Source of the DNA: Azolla caroliniana
Taxonomy: Eukaryota > Plantae > Polypodiophyta
Direction of reading: 5' to 3'
DNA: 64,000 nt
Assembly: GCA_043228905.1 (NCBI GenBank)
Contig: JBHGNT010000090.1
Coordinates: forward strand, 1-64,000
Part shown: positions 1 to 14,151 of the stretch, piece after piece
Numbering within the stretch: position 1 is the first letter of the stretch
Layout: the number at the start of each line of letters is the position of its first letter
Notes under the pieces: model-generated
The model's database searches: none
What the model was told of the DNA's origin: nothing
What the model saw: the letters and a program-made list of their open reading frames with translations, nothing else
Made by a program: the position numbers and the translations under genes

Positions 1-3
1 ATA

Positions 4-152
4 GGGAATTTAGCAATTTCAGATATTAATGCAATAATTTTCTGTCTTTTCTTTCTAATCCTCATCATTCTGCTTCTATCGGGAATTAGCAATTTCAGAT
101 AATAATGTAGCTTCCGATTTCTGTTTCTAATCCTGATCATACCGCTTCTATC
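4..152. repeat. Short imperfect tandem duplication (~75 bp unit, 2 copies)
   Basis: GGAATT(T)AGCAATTTCAGATA.TAATG...TTTCTAATCCT.ATCAT.C.GCTTCTATCG occurs at ~4-81 and again at ~81-152. Confidence 0.7.
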
Positions 153-1512
153 GATCTTCGTCTTGATTATTAGATCGTTAGTGGAATGCGTGATTGATTC
201 ATCCATCCATCCATCCGATCACCATCATCATACATTAATTCCTAGAATACGACTGGCAATTTATTAATTATATAAGAGTATCCCCCCCGACTCCTGAATT
301 ATTATAAACATATGGCGTTTGATTTCATGTGTTGCCTTCTGCTAGGCCAATTGCTCCGCTACTGTATCTTCCTCTTGGCTGCTGCCCTCACAGGAGACTC
401 GGGTAATGCAGGTCACGACGTAGAGGAAGAGTTCTGCTGCTTCACTAGCCCTATCATGATGTTCCTCTTCACTCCTTAATCATGAGTTATTTGATCATGC
501 CATGATCAATATATATCTTCATTACTTCTATATAAACGTTTTATGTAAATTCTTATGTCCTTTTCCCTTTTGTAAATATTTCATACATAAATTTCTTCTA
601 CACAGATCGGCCACTAATATTATCTTAGGTGGTCTCTTGGTATGCTTCCTGATAATCATTCGTTGGTTATATAGTTCTTTATAATCGCATCAATATAATT
701 ATCGTAATTATATTGACCAAGATTATAATCACCATCAGTTCCAGGCTCAATGTTGTTCGATTCCTAGAGATGAGTTGTCGCATTTAATTATGATACTAAT
801 CAACTCGGCATAGTCAGTTAGATTCTAATGTTCATTTCACCATATGCCGTTGTTTATAGTCTGTTGCGATAAATAATGGAAATAACATTTTAACCATCAA
901 TATTGTGCTTATGATGTCATGATATTGCAGGCATTGATTGATTGTCATGATCGTGATCTGTTTGTGATGGACATGAATAATTGCTGATAATATGGATGAT
1001 GTATCATGGTGGGCCTTTTGTTTCTCGATCACTTAATATTGACTTTCGCTTAATAATGTAGGTATCTTTGACCCACCTTTGGTGTTAATTTCCACTCCCA
1101 TTGTATCCACCTAGCAAAGTTAATGAAGTTGATGGAGCTAAAACTTGAAGTAGTACGTTGGATTATTGAGTTATTACCCCAATGGGCCAATGATGCATGA
1201 CCTGTAATCAAGAAGACCATGGAATCCAAAAGCACGGAGTCGTTAATTACCATGACATGAGGGAGCATTATTGTATGTATTACTAAATGAATGAATCACA
1301 TCAATGTAGATTAATATGGAGGTAGTTCCTTAGGAGGAGATAATTTTACAAGTAAATGGACCATGACACTTGCTCTTAAATGTAATGAAGGAAACGAATA
1401 ACTCAGAAATGACTGGTGAGTACTAGGTACGTCGCCACTACAGCCAACCTCCTTTATTAGTATAGTAAGAAAGGAAGGCGGGGAGGAGGGGTGCATCGAA
1501 TCAAACAGGAAT

Positions 1513-1714
1513 GTTTTTATTAGATTGAATTAAACATACATCAAGTGTTTGCTTCTCTTTCTATACATACTTATTTACATTAGTTGTGATATTGTTTCTT
1601 TATTAGAATGAATTAAGCATACATCAAAGTGTTTGCTTCTCTCTATATACTTATTTACATTAGCTGTGATATTGTTTCTTTATTGGAATGAATTAAACAT
1701 ACATTAAGTGTTTG
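1513..1714. repeat. AT-rich tandem repeat, ~80 bp unit, ~2.5 copies
   Basis: TTTATT.GA.TGAATTAA.CATACAT.AAGTGTTTG recurs at ~1516, ~1598 and ~1679. The first two copies are followed by ATACTTATTTACATTAG.TGTGATATTGTTTC. Confidence 0.8.
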
Positions 1715-2890
1715 TGTCGGACTACTAATTCATGTTGATTTTGGTTAATCATAGATCCTTTTGTAAAAATATATGCCTACGGACGCTCTATTGGTAAAAA
1801 TGTGTGTTTCTATAGAGTACATTTTTGTTGATCTTTATTCACATGTGCAATGAATTAGTACTTGTGAATATGTAGAGCATGCCACCATTTGTTATGGCAA
1901 GGTGGTTATGGTTATTCTCCAAAGAAATGCATGAATTGGGGAGACGTAGATTTGTATCTTTGACAATTAATGTTTGGTGTCTCGCGTTATGGGAGCCCTT
2001 GGGGTTATGTTTATAATTATTATTATTCGGCAACCCTTGTGAAAAAGCGGTGTCGTGTATTATAAATGAGATTATGCTAATTTTGTCCACCAACATAGCG
2101 CCAAAATGCTATAATATAAGCTAGAGAGTTCGTTATCACTATCAGGAGGTGTACCATGAGTTGATCTCAACATTTAGACATGAATTGTTCTCAACATTTA
2201 GATTTAGAGGAGACATTAATTACCGTGGTAATGGATTTTTATGAAATTGCTAATGAATGCACGGTCAAAGATATTTTTGAAATATGGCATAAAATAAGTG
2301 GATGACCTTCTTTTTCCAAAAAAGAGCTACTTTCCCATTAGTTAGGGATTAGGATGGATCCATAATTATCCTTAGCAAGAGTACAAAAGAGTTGTGAGAA
2401 TGGATCCATAATTATCCTTAGGGATTAGGATGACATCACCCAAGGGAACTAAAGTAAAGACAATGTCCTTCAAACCATTGTCTTGATCACGGAACACACA
2501 TACATTGTCCATGATCTATAGTAACATCCCGATACATAAAGGATAACACCATGGAAGGTCACATTGCATCCATATACACATGTTATGATCATCATCATGT
2601 CCAATTGGGTGGGGGGGGGGTGGATCGCATGAGACGTAATGACCGAATTACAATCAACGCGGTCAATGACATTGAGTGAAAATCGACAGATTTAAACAAT
2701 CGACTCAATGGTATCCCCACACTTGAGAAACTTCCCATTTCATTTACACGTTTAAAAATTCGTGGTACATATATATAATTATATATTGTAATTTGTAATA
2801 CAATCAAAATACGAACGAAAGTTTTGCGACTTCATTTTTACTCGCGTTTGTCTTCTTCTTTCTGCAGAGTGGATATCAGACCTCGACGCG

Positions 2891-5800
2891 ATGACTGAGG
2901 TAAGCGACCGATCTCCTCTCTCTTTCTGCTAAATTCGTTTATCTTAATAACTGTATTTATGTGTTCTGTGAAAGTATGAGTTAAACGCTCGGGTTCTATA
3001 TTTATATGTCTGAGAAGAGAAGAAATGGCTGAAAGAAGAGATGGAAGGTATTGAAGTTGTTTCCTTTAATATAATTTATGTAGTGAGAGGTAGAAGGGAC
3101 CTCATCAAGAACGAAAGTGGAGAGGATGGTTGTCCATACACAGAAATAATCATGAGAAAACACCAAAAAAATACTCCTCGCTTTTGGAATTTATGGGAAC
3201 ACCCTCAAGTTCTTAGAAACTACTGAATACCCCCGTGGAGTGAGAAATGTTTGGAAACCGAGGGATCTTCTGGTAACTCTTGAAAACCAATTGTAAGTAG
3301 CCAAAACATTAGATGCATGTTCAACAAGGTTATTACGTTGTAGGCAGAGTATACTTGCATTCACAATATCTTTAGTATTTTACGACTTATATCGTAAATA
3401 TGATAAATACGGTGAAAAAAACATCACTGTCATAATCTATGAATTCTCTTTCCTACGCCAGGAGCAAAGTCTCTCCTTCACCTTCATCAATTAGAGAGGA
3501 GAAAAAGGAGCAGAGTTGTGAATACCGAAGTTAGAATGAGGAAAAATAATGAGAAGGTTGTCAACTGCAGTAAAAAAATATTGAGGAAAAACGTTTTGGT
3601 TTCACACCAGATAGATAGGAGGTCGAACGTATAAATTCATATATTTAACAAGGTCAAGTTAAAAAATTTGGAAACAATTCTAGTTGAAATATATCTCTGC
3701 AGCATACCAAAACAGCCCTACAATTTAGTGTTGGACGGGACAAGTGTGGACCAACCAATGTGGTGGGCCAACTACAAAAAGGCAGCCCAATCATCATTTA
3801 TGAAAGTGACCATTACTAGCCAGAGAGTTAGCAGAGGCCAATGGTATGGGACATATGGTCTTACGGTTGCTAGGCCAATCAGTACTTATGGTTGGATGGT
3901 TTAAGTGACTTACGTTTCTAGGCAGTGTTCTAGCTGGGGCTCCTTTGGATTTATTTCGTCTTAGAGCATACATACAGAAATATTTCCATCCAAATTTATG
4001 GCCAATTCAAGCAACATTAATGTAAAATCCCATTATAGGGGTTGTCCAACTGACGTTCTTAGGCTGTCTTATAAAGGGGATTCCTTTGGATGTGTTTGAA
4101 CCTGTTATGAGCATTACACATGGAGATGATGGATTTTTTTCTCCATCCAGATTTACTGGTGATTCAAGTGACTTTAGTTTGTTGTTTTTAGTTTTGTGCA
4201 ATCCATGCTTATTAATGGAGACAATATGTAATTTGTTATATCTGTGCATGTACGTATGTGTGACATTGTTTTGTTTAATAACACTGTTTTCCATATGCTG
4301 CATGACAGCAAAGTATGATATGATTAGTGTGGTTACAGTCGTATGACGGTATCATGAAGAGCTATTCAAAACATGGGCAAATAGTTTTTTCAAATATTTT
4401 AAATTTGACCTCACAAGTATAATTTTAAACCATTTATAAGTTTCACTTCTGCTTTGGCTTTCCTAATGACATTCTTCTGCCTATTTTACTTACTTTGTTC
4501 ATGTGTTAACGGTATTGCAGTATTGGGTGAGTCAAGGAAATAAATGGTGCGACTTCTGCAAGATTTATATTGCAAATAATCCCGCAAGCATCCGCACACA
4601 TGAGTTTGGACAACGTCACAAGGATAGTGTTGCAAAGAGACTGGCTGATCTACGGAAATCAAATGCATCAAAAGAAAAAGAGAAACAACAAGCCTTGAAG
4701 GATATGGATCGAATCGAAGCGGTAAGATCTTAGATATAGTCATATACATTGCATGTAACAATCATGGAAAAAATAGTTCTTGAAATGTAGGGAAATAAGT
4801 TTATTTTTTGTTTCCTTGTTTCTGTACTCCAGATGCACTTATTTGTCTTTCTTCATGAGCTTACTCAAGTATTTAGAAATAATGAAAATAATTCCAAACT
4901 TTTGATGATCGATACCTCTAGTTCCCTTGCTTTCAATACTAGTATTATGTCTCCATAATGCTTTGGTAGGCCAATTTTAAGGTGTGTGAAACACTACATA
5001 TAAATGAATCTTATGTTTTCATGGAATTTCGCCCAATGAGACTATAAGAACAAACCCTCTATTGTAGCATGAACCAACAAAACCATTGGATAATTAAGAA
5101 GTTATTATATTTAGTTATTCTCTCTTCTTGGTATCGCTTTTTTCCCAGCCCCCATTGTGGGCACAGAGGTCCTCATGGCCCAACTCTCTAATACTTATAA
5201 CACAAGGAATGATGATGGCTGTGATCTTGACAGCTCAAGGAAAGGGAATAGAGATTCAAAAACGGTACATGATGATTCAATGATGACATGAATCATGATG
5301 GCAATGGTGATGATGGTCAATGGAGATGGAGATATCGATCTGATGATTACAATGGGTGATGATGATCAAAGGATTTAGTAAATCAAAGACTGAAGACCAA
5401 AAAGAATGAAAGGATGAAAGAAAGATGGAAGAACCTGCTGTATTTTGTTATTTTGTGCAAAAGGTCTATGCATGCGTAACTCCACCCTGCTATGCATGAA
5501 TGCCTCAAGGGTTCTGTTAAAGTTATGTCATGGCATTATTAAATGGAGTGGAATGGTAGCGGTATGCTGAGAGAGCAACCCGAAAAGTAATAGTTTTCAG
5601 TAGAACGAACTAATCTAATGCTTACATTCAACGTAAAATGAAAATAAGAAAGTTGAATGATAAAATGCAGAATATTGGTTTCAGTGTCTAGCAATATCCT
5701 GGACTATAAACACCTATTCTTAACAATGTCTGAGGCCATCCTACCCCTCCTGGGTGTGAAATAGAAATTCTGAATATAATGTAAGGGAGTCGATGGTTGA

Positions 5801-7311
5801 CATCTGCGGATCTTAGATTTGCATGGTGCTTCTTATCTCTGGAACATGAGGAACTCATTTTCGAATCGGTAGTCGTTGATCATCTTTCAGCTTCTTCAGT
5901 CTATGTGTCATTCTCTTCTTAGTATATGAGAGTTTTCTTGGAATTGCCATCAGAAGATGCAAGCTCCACGTTTCAAAAACTTGATTGAATCCTAATAAAT
6001 GTGCATCTTCTGCGTATGTAGATTGGAAGATTTTAAAATTTCCAAGGGCCGGCATATTAGAAAGCTAAGAGTGACTGGGTATTTATATGTGCCTAGATTC
6101 CATGTTCCAGCAAAATTTATGCCCTATGTCCTTTTGGCACCCCAAAGTGAAACTTAACAGGCATGGTGGTTATGCTGCAGTTCCAGCATTTCATTATTGA
6201 TGCATAGAGTGAATCTGTGTTCTAAGTTCGAAGATGTTGTTGTCCCCCTATACCAAGGATTATCACGAGCAAGAACTTGAAATGTCATCTGAAAAGGTTG
6301 CTTGGATCCTATTCTGGTCAGAGTTTTTGGGTTGCGTTACCTCAAGCATTCAGACAGTAGATAACAAGTCTACTTTCCTATTAGTGCTTTGTATGGAAAA
6401 ATCCTATTATAAAAACCACCAAATACACACAGCATGACCAAAATATAAAACAAGTGATAAACTTTAACATGGGGTGGTTTCTTCTTATAGGGTGGATCTG
6501 CCTTCTAAGTTCTAAAGATGCTGTTGTTCCCTGTATTGTACTTGGATTTCTAACAAGTGAAGGCAACCATCATGTGTGTAGGTTGCATGAATCCATTTCT
6601 GTTCAGTAATTTAGGGTTGTGTTGCCGCGAGCTTTCAGATTGTGGATGTTTCCATCGAGTTTCTAGTATATTGTGCCTTCGAATAGAGAAATGCCCTAGC
6701 TTGCATGAGGGCAATCCTGCTATAAAAAGCACTAAAACACAAGATCACACAACCAAATATAAATGAAGAGAGAAACTTGAACATGGGATGGGTTCTTCTC
6801 CTGAAGTTAATTATTCATGTTGATCATGTGAAAATTGTAACGTTTTCTTTGGCAGTATACACGTGCTCTCTATGAGTTTTTCTACTTACTAACTTGATAG
6901 GAACGAGAATCCTTATGATAAAAAGTCTAATTCTAATTCTTATCTGTGTGTAGGGTTTCTTTTCTGCACAGGAATGAAAGAGATCTTGGTTCTTTCTATA
7001 TTTGCATCAATTTTTTCATCCTTACGCAGCTTTCCTCTGACAATAGGAGGAAGATAAGCTGCTATTACATGGAGTTGTATCTATTTCACTGTATGCTCTG
7101 TATCTCCTCTGGGTTGTTGACATCCCTCCCTGGTTTTGTATTGATTTGACGTTCCCTTTTCTATGTCTAGGCTTTTTTTTCTTTTTATGGTACGATGTCG
7201 AGGTGAATGTGTACATGGAAACTCATTGTTCTATTACATAAGGTCCATCACTCTTGCTCTTTTATTTTTCTATATCGGTTGTCATGGTGTCTTTTGTTCC
7301 ACAGTAACATA

Positions 7312-7342
<31 letters not shown>

Positions 7343-7922
7343 TTGTCTTCATTTGTAATAGTTTCTAAAGTCCAAGTTTTTCTGGTTAACAGCAAGCAAA
7401 GCGCAGCTACCAAAAAGATCTCGCCGCATCAGCTACCGTGGAGATTGAAGAAGGCCCTTCTGTGCAGAGCACAAGCGGTATGAATGTACAAAAAGCTTTG
7501 ATATTGTGTTCCATAAATTGCAAAACTAAGATATTATGCACAAGAGCTTTGATATTATCTTCCATAAAGCACAAAGATATCATGCTTAAAAGCTAATATT
7601 GATTTCAATACTAAAAATTAATAATGATAGCATGTACAGGAGCTAATATGAATACATTATTTGCAAAAGCTAATGTAGTATCATGTTCCATCAATTTAAT
7701 ATGATATTTTTGGTGACAGGGGTTAAAGTAGACTCAAACACTACAGTGAAGATAAAGGCTAAAGGAGTGCCATCGTCCCTGGAAGTTGGGAAGAGAAAGC
7801 GACCAGAAAAAACTCAACCCATTTCGAAGGAGGAGGAGGATGCACTTAAGGCCAGAGAAGCAGCTAAGAAGAGAATACAAGAGAGGGAGAAAGGATTAAT
7901 GGGTCTCTATCAAGCTTATTGA
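2891..7922 (+). CDS. ZOP1: ZOP1/WBP4-like U1C-type (matrin) zinc-finger splicing factor, ~165 aa, no OCRE domain found
   Basis: Exons 2891-2899 (ATG ACT GAG), 4521-4721, 7393-7477 and 7720-7922; all introns GT-AG with consistent phases; 498 nt in total. The protein begins MTEYWVSQGNKWCDFCKIYIANNPASIRTHEFGQRHK (C2H2 U1-type finger), contains QAKRSYQKD and ends ALKAREAAKKRIQEREKGLMGLYQAY, matching the plant ZOP1 N- and C-termini as I recall them. Confidence 0.9.
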
Positions 7923-9503
7923 ACTCAACTTCATCTGTACCATACAACTTACAGGGAACCAAGACCATTAAGCTATCTAACCAATCTTTTCACATGAATA
8001 TTGCTGGGAGCGTTGCTGTTGCTTTCTTTTGCTTGCTATATGTCTGGATCTGGTTTTATCCTCTTTTATACTTGAATTTGTGTTCTTGATTCTCATCCCG
8101 CAGTAAGGGATGAAAAAAACGTGCATACAAAAGTGATGCAGACAAAAACCATCCCTATCATTGTATGTTGGATTATATGACTATTCTTACAATAGAATCA
8201 CTGGCTATAACTTTTGAAGTCTTGTCAATTGAAGTGATTATGATATTAGGATTCTCCTAGTAGAAGGCTCTGGTAGGCTTTTTAGTTTTAACATCAAATA
8301 CATTAAATAACCTATCTGAGTGACAAGCTATTGAATAAAATGTTATTTTTCGCAGAGTTTTGAATGCCTATGAATAATGAAATCTCAATTTGTCATGACA
8401 AGACTCTCGTTATTACTGGTGATCATCAAAAGTAAATTTTCAAGAGTTCAGCTTATTGAAAGGTGAAAATTTCCCCAGTTAAACCTTCTCAATTTGATGA
8501 CATGAGACATCGAGTTATGCAATGTGCAAGTCCATTCTCTTGTAGATATGTGAAGGCTTGCCCCATTCTTTCCTGTCTGTAAATGTGCTCCGTTCTCTTC
8601 ATTGAAAATTAGTTCAAATAGGAATAATTGTGGCATGGGATGGACATTTACTTCTGGATGTCTAATTTTGCAGTGTCTTTTTTTAGAAGCTTTTTTCTCT
8701 CATGAGAAAGAGGCATAGAGCTAAAACAGCACGAGAGAAGCATAGAACCTTTAAGTGCCGAGATATATTGTAAAAATAAGATATGAAGTGAATTCTAGAT
8801 TATACTTGAATGTGGATATTTAATTGTAAATAAAGCTAAGATTGTTTTTTATATGGAATCGTCTTTTGATTATGATGAATGTTAATGGGATTATATGTAT
8901 GCATTATGATGTCAACATTTATTGGTATAACAAATATGTAACTTCTTCATTTCATAATATTGATGAACATAATGGAAATAGTTTTAAGAAATGTTGGATT
9001 ATTTCTTTCAATTTCTGTTATCAAAGCTCATAAGATTTAGTTTACAATTTTGCTATAAATTAGATAGATATAGTCATGATGATTATTTTTCTTGCGAGAC
9101 AGATTAGTTGGGTAGATTACTCGTCATAAAATGATTGAATCATGGACTTGGTTGACTAATCAAATTATCCATTTTAGGGATGTGACAGTAGGGGTATGAC
9201 ACCAATGCCCCATCAACAAAGAATCCTTTACAAGGAGATGCTATCTATGAGCATGAGTGTAGATCATTATTTGGATATCCATGGGAGGTTAGATATGTAG
9301 TAATTGACAACATGTGTATGAGGAGGCATTGTAAGGTTTACCTTGGTCACAAGCAACACCATGAATCAAGTAAAATTAATGCAATGGGAATCACGTTGGA
9401 AAAGGTGGGGACATCTTTGGCTTCGAACATACCCCTAAAAAAGAAAATGGGACCATGAGAAGTCAACAACTCATGTTGACTTTGTCTTGACATCGATTGC
9501 AAT

Positions 9504-10115
9504 TGTTCCAAAATTTAGTAGCACTTAAACACTTACGTAAAACAAAAAATATGTTGTGCAAGATTTAAAAAGAAAACAAGAAAGATATACAACAAATCAA
9601 TACACAATACACCACAAATTTTTAACGTGGAAAACCCTCAAAGAGGTAAAAACCACGAGACCTAGTCCAGAACTAATTCACTATCAATATAAATCTGATA
9701 CACCAAAGTTCTACTCTAAACAAGTTAGAGTACTATGAGAAATCGAGGGATATGATGTTTCCTCAAAAATAAAAACTCAACAAAAAGGAACGCAAAAACC
9801 ACCAAAACTCACAGCACGTAGCTGATGACGGAGGCAGCGATGTCCGAATGTCTGAGTGTGTTGGTGTACTTGAGAAAGATTGAAGGAATCAACTAAGAAA
9901 GAGAGTATGGGCTCTTTGAAATCTGTTTTTCTCTATTGCTAAAGAGAAATGCTCGTTTTCCCCTTTTTAACACACTCAAAAAAGAATGAGTTACATAGTG
10001 TAGATATGTAACATCTTCTTGTGTGAACCCCTTTCACACTATTTTAAAATCTACAAGCTTTGGGCGTCCAAGGCCCATTTTATTTACTTATTAATGTGGA
10101 CAGAAAAACCTAACA
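9504..10115 (-). repeat. 3' LTR of the Copia element
   Basis: Direct repeat of 14152-14763 at a constant offset of 4648; about 23 substitutions by hand count; adjoins the PPT. Confidence 0.95.
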
Positions 10116-13100
10116 ATCTCCCCCTCTGGCCACATAGGAGAAAATTCCATTGAATCACTTAGTTTTTGTAGCTCAAGCTTTTCTTTAGAGACCACCTTCA
10201 TCAACATGTCAGCAACATTTTCATCTGTGTGAATTTTCTTGAGTTGTAGAAGTTCATTTTCAATTGCCGAGCGCAACCAATGATACCTTACATCAATATG
10301 TTTCGTACGAGAATGGTACATCGAGTTCTTGCTTAGATCCATTGCACTTTGGCTGTCACAAAATATCACATAAGTTAGTTGACTTAAACCCAAATCTGAA
10401 ACAAACCTTTTCAACCATAGCATCTCTTTGGCAGCTTCAGTGGTTGCAATATATTCCGCTTCTGTTGTAGACAAAGCAACACATTTTTGCAACTTAGATT
10501 GCCATGACACGGCTCCCCCTGCAAATGTAAATAAGTAAGCCGAAGTAGATTTTCTCCCATCGAGATCCCCTGCCATATCTGAATTTGAAAAACCTTCAAG
10601 AGTTTGTTTAGAATCTCCAAAACATAAACATAATTTTGATGTACCTCTTAAATATCGAAAGATACATTTTACGGCATCCCAATGAGACTTACCCGGATTG
10701 GAGAGATATGTACTTAATATCTGGCCTTGTGCTAACCATAGCATACATCAACGAACTAATCGTTGAAGAGTAAGGAGTTGAGGACATCTCTTCTTTCTCT
10801 TGCTCGGTATGTGGACAATCTTTTGTACATAATTTAAAATGGCTAGCAAGGGGGGTACTTACTAGTTTTGCATTATGCATATTAAACCTTTCTAATACTC
10901 GTTCTATGTATTTTTCTTGAGAAAGCCACAACTTTCCACATTCCCTATTGCGAGTAATTTTCATGCCTAAAATATGCTTAACATGACCTAGATCTTTCAT
11001 GTCAAAGGCCTTAGATAGATCCACCTTTAACTTGTGGATATTTTCTACATCTTGTCCTACAATTAGCATATCATCGACATACAATAAAAGAATTATAAAA
11101 TTACCTTCAGAAAAATGCTTAACGTACACACAATGATCTCCATTAGTCTTGGTGTAGTCTTGACTTGCCATAAATGAATCGAACCTTCTATACCATTGTC
11201 GCGGTGCTTGTTTTAGGCCGTAAAGACTTTTCCTCAGCTTGAATACCATATGCTCCTTTCCTTTCTCTTCGAAACCCTCCGGTTGTTCCATGTAGATCTC
11301 TTCCTTCAAATCTCCATGCAAGAAAGTTGTCTTTACATCGAGCTGCTCAATCTCAAGATTTAAAGTGGTTGCCAAACCTAAAACAACTCGAATAGAACTC
11401 ATTTTCACAACTAGTGAGAAAATTTCATCAAAATCAATACCTTTCTTTTGGCCGAAACCTTTTACAACTAAATGAGCCTTATGTTTTACAAGGTTACCAT
11501 CACCTTGTTTTAACTTAAACACCCATTTATTTTTCAAAACTTTTCTTCCCTTAAGAAGTTCTACTAAATCAAAGGTATTATTTTTCTTTAATGAGTTCAT
11601 TTCGTCGTGCATGGCTTTTATCCAATCATCCTTATCTTTATGATTTAAAACATCATAATAACTTTCAGGCTCCCCTTTGTCAGAGATTAAAACATAATCT
11701 GAACTAGGATACCTTACAGATGGTTTTCGTTCTCTAGTAGACCTTCTAGGTTGTTCATTGACCACCTCTTGTAAGGAAGTTTTCTCCCCCTGCTCAAAAC
11801 CTATTTGAGGTAAAATATCATCATGATTAGCTTCAACCCTATTATTTATAATACCTGGTTCATCAACATCCTCACGGTTTTCATCTTGTTGGGAAACATC
11901 TCCATATGTAGCATCTTCGGTCGTAGGAATCGGGTCAAAATCAATAAGCCCACCATCTTCTTGAGTGTTAGATTCTTTGACCTTCTCAATATCTTCGATA
12001 GTTTGATCCTCAACGAATACCACATCATGACTTTGAATGCACCTCCTTTCTATTGGGTCATAACATCTGTAACCAAACTCATCTTGGCCATAACCAATAA
12101 AAATACATTCTTTAGATTTAACATCTAATTTAGACCGTTCATCTTTAGGTATATGTACAAAGCATTTACACCCAAACACATGTAAATGATCATATGAGAC
12201 ATTCTTACCATACCAAACTCTATGAGGAACGTTGCCCTGCAATGCAACAGTAGGAGATAGGTTAATAACATATGCAACGGTACTCAAAGCCTCACCCCAA
12301 AAGGATTTGGATAACTTCGCATCCGAGAGCAAACATCGAACTCTTTCAACTAGAGTCCTATTCATCCTTTTCGCCAAGCCGTTTAGTTGTGGGGTTTTTG
12401 GTGGTGTCCTTTGATGCTTAATCTCGTGCTCTCGACAGTATGCATCGAAAGCTCCAAGGTATTCCCCACCATTGTCGGTGCGAATGCATTTAAGCTTTTT
12501 TCTTGTCTCTCTTTCTACAGAAGCATGAAATTCTTTGAACACATTAAATACTTGGTCCTTAGTTTTCAATGTTCGAATCCAAAGTTTCCTAGAATAGTCA
12601 TCAATAAAAGTAACAAAGTAGAGTGCACCACCTATTGATTTTACCTTTAAAGGACCACAAACATCTGAATGTACCAACTCAAGTACCTCTTCCTTTCTTG
12701 AAGAAGAATGTTGTTTGAACGCGACTCTTCTTTGCTTTCCTACCACACAATGATTGCACATGTCTAACTTGGCATCTTTTAGACCCGGAAGCAAGCTTTT
12801 CTTTGCTAGACAATCAAGCCCCTTCTCACTAATATGAGATAACCTTTTATGCCATAGCTTTGACATATTGTTGCTTTCAGCTGCATTCACAAGATTAGTA
12901 GAAATAGATGCTTGTAATAAATACAAACTAGAGCTTTTCTTACCACAAGCTACAACCAATGAGCCCTTAGTGAGTTTCCATTGTCCCTCATTGAAGATGG
13001 TGCAATAGCCATCATCATCTAATCTGCCGGTTGAGATAAGATGTAAGCGAATGTCACCTCCTTGAGAATCTACTTTGGACCCGTGTTGGTTTCCAAACAA

Positions 13101-14119
13101 ATAGTCCCGATGCCTACCACCTTTGAAAGATCGTCATTGTCCATCTTCACAACTCCAAAATCCCCTGAAGTATAAGAAGTGAAAAACTCCCTTCTAGATG
13201 TGACATGGAACGATGCTCCACTATCAACAACCCAATTAGTTTCATTGTGAGCAAGATTAATCACGTTTTCATCATAAACAACAAGTAAATCATTTGAGGA
13301 AGTTGTATTAACACGATTAGAATTGTCATCGTTACCTTTGTTTTCATGCTTACCGTTAGATGTGTGGTTCTCCTTTTTCCACTTGTAACAATACCTCTTT
13401 ATGTGTCTTGTTTTACCACAAAAATGACATTCTAGATTTTTATACCTTGGTTTTGATTTACTTCTACTCCTCCCTCGGTTGTTTTGACCTTGGCTTGTAT
13501 GCTTATTCCTTCCTCTCTCAACCATCAAGGCCTCCGAATGTGAGGATGTCCCTTGTGTCCTTCGTCTCATCTCCTCATTTAGAACACCGCTCTTGACATA
13601 TTCCGTAATTACAATTCCATTTGGGGTTGCATTAGTTAGAGATACCCTAAAAGTTTCCCACGAATTAGGGAGAGTGTTTAACAACTATAATGCATTAATC
13701 TCATCATCAAATTTCACTCCCATACCAAAAAGTTGGTCGAAACATCCTTGAAATTCATTTAGATGATCTAAAATGGAACTACCTTCTTTATACACTAAAT
13801 GCATTGCTTGTTTAAGCAAAAATAACTTATTGTTACCTGTCTTTGATGCATACAATGTTTCAAGTTTATTCCATAGAGCTTTGGCATTAGTTTCATTCAC
13901 AATATGGTTTAAGACATTGTCTCCCACCCATTGTCGAATAAAACCACATACCTGTTGATTCTCGAAAAGCCATTCCTCGGCAGTTTTGCTCTCCGGTTTA
14001 GCATCTGCAGAAACAGGTAAGTGTAGATTTTTCACAAAAAGAAGATCTTTCATCTTACCTTTCCATTTGTGGTAGTTGGTGTCGTTCAAGCAAACCATTG
14101 TGGAAAAATTTGTCTCCAT
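10091..14119 (-). pseudogene. Copia gag-pol polyprotein, disrupted
   Basis: ORF pieces: 13685-14119 (gag, YHKWKGKMKDLL); 13070-13684 (CHFCGKTRHIKRYC knuckle, protease WVVDSGAS); 10689-13100 (GAG-pre-integrase, integrase HSDVCGP/RTDNGGEY, RT LLYVDDML); 10091-10744 (RNase H, CDSQSA...HSRTKHIDVRYH). One in-frame TAG at 13685-13687 and two frameshifting lesions at ~13070 and ~10710. Confidence 0.95.
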
Positions 14120-14137
14120 AAGAAGTGCTCAACCTCT

Positions 14138-14149
14138 GCTCTGATACCA
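14138..14149 (-). promoter_or_regulatory. Primer-binding site complementary to the 3' end of tRNA-iMet
   Basis: TGGTATCAGAGC on the - strand, 2 nt inside the 5' LTR end. Confidence 0.95.
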
Positions 14150-14151
14150 CT

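Noticed and set aside
200-2700. Short ORFs and possible decayed coding sequence upstream of ZOP1
   Set aside because: No recognisable protein motif and no consistent splice pattern.
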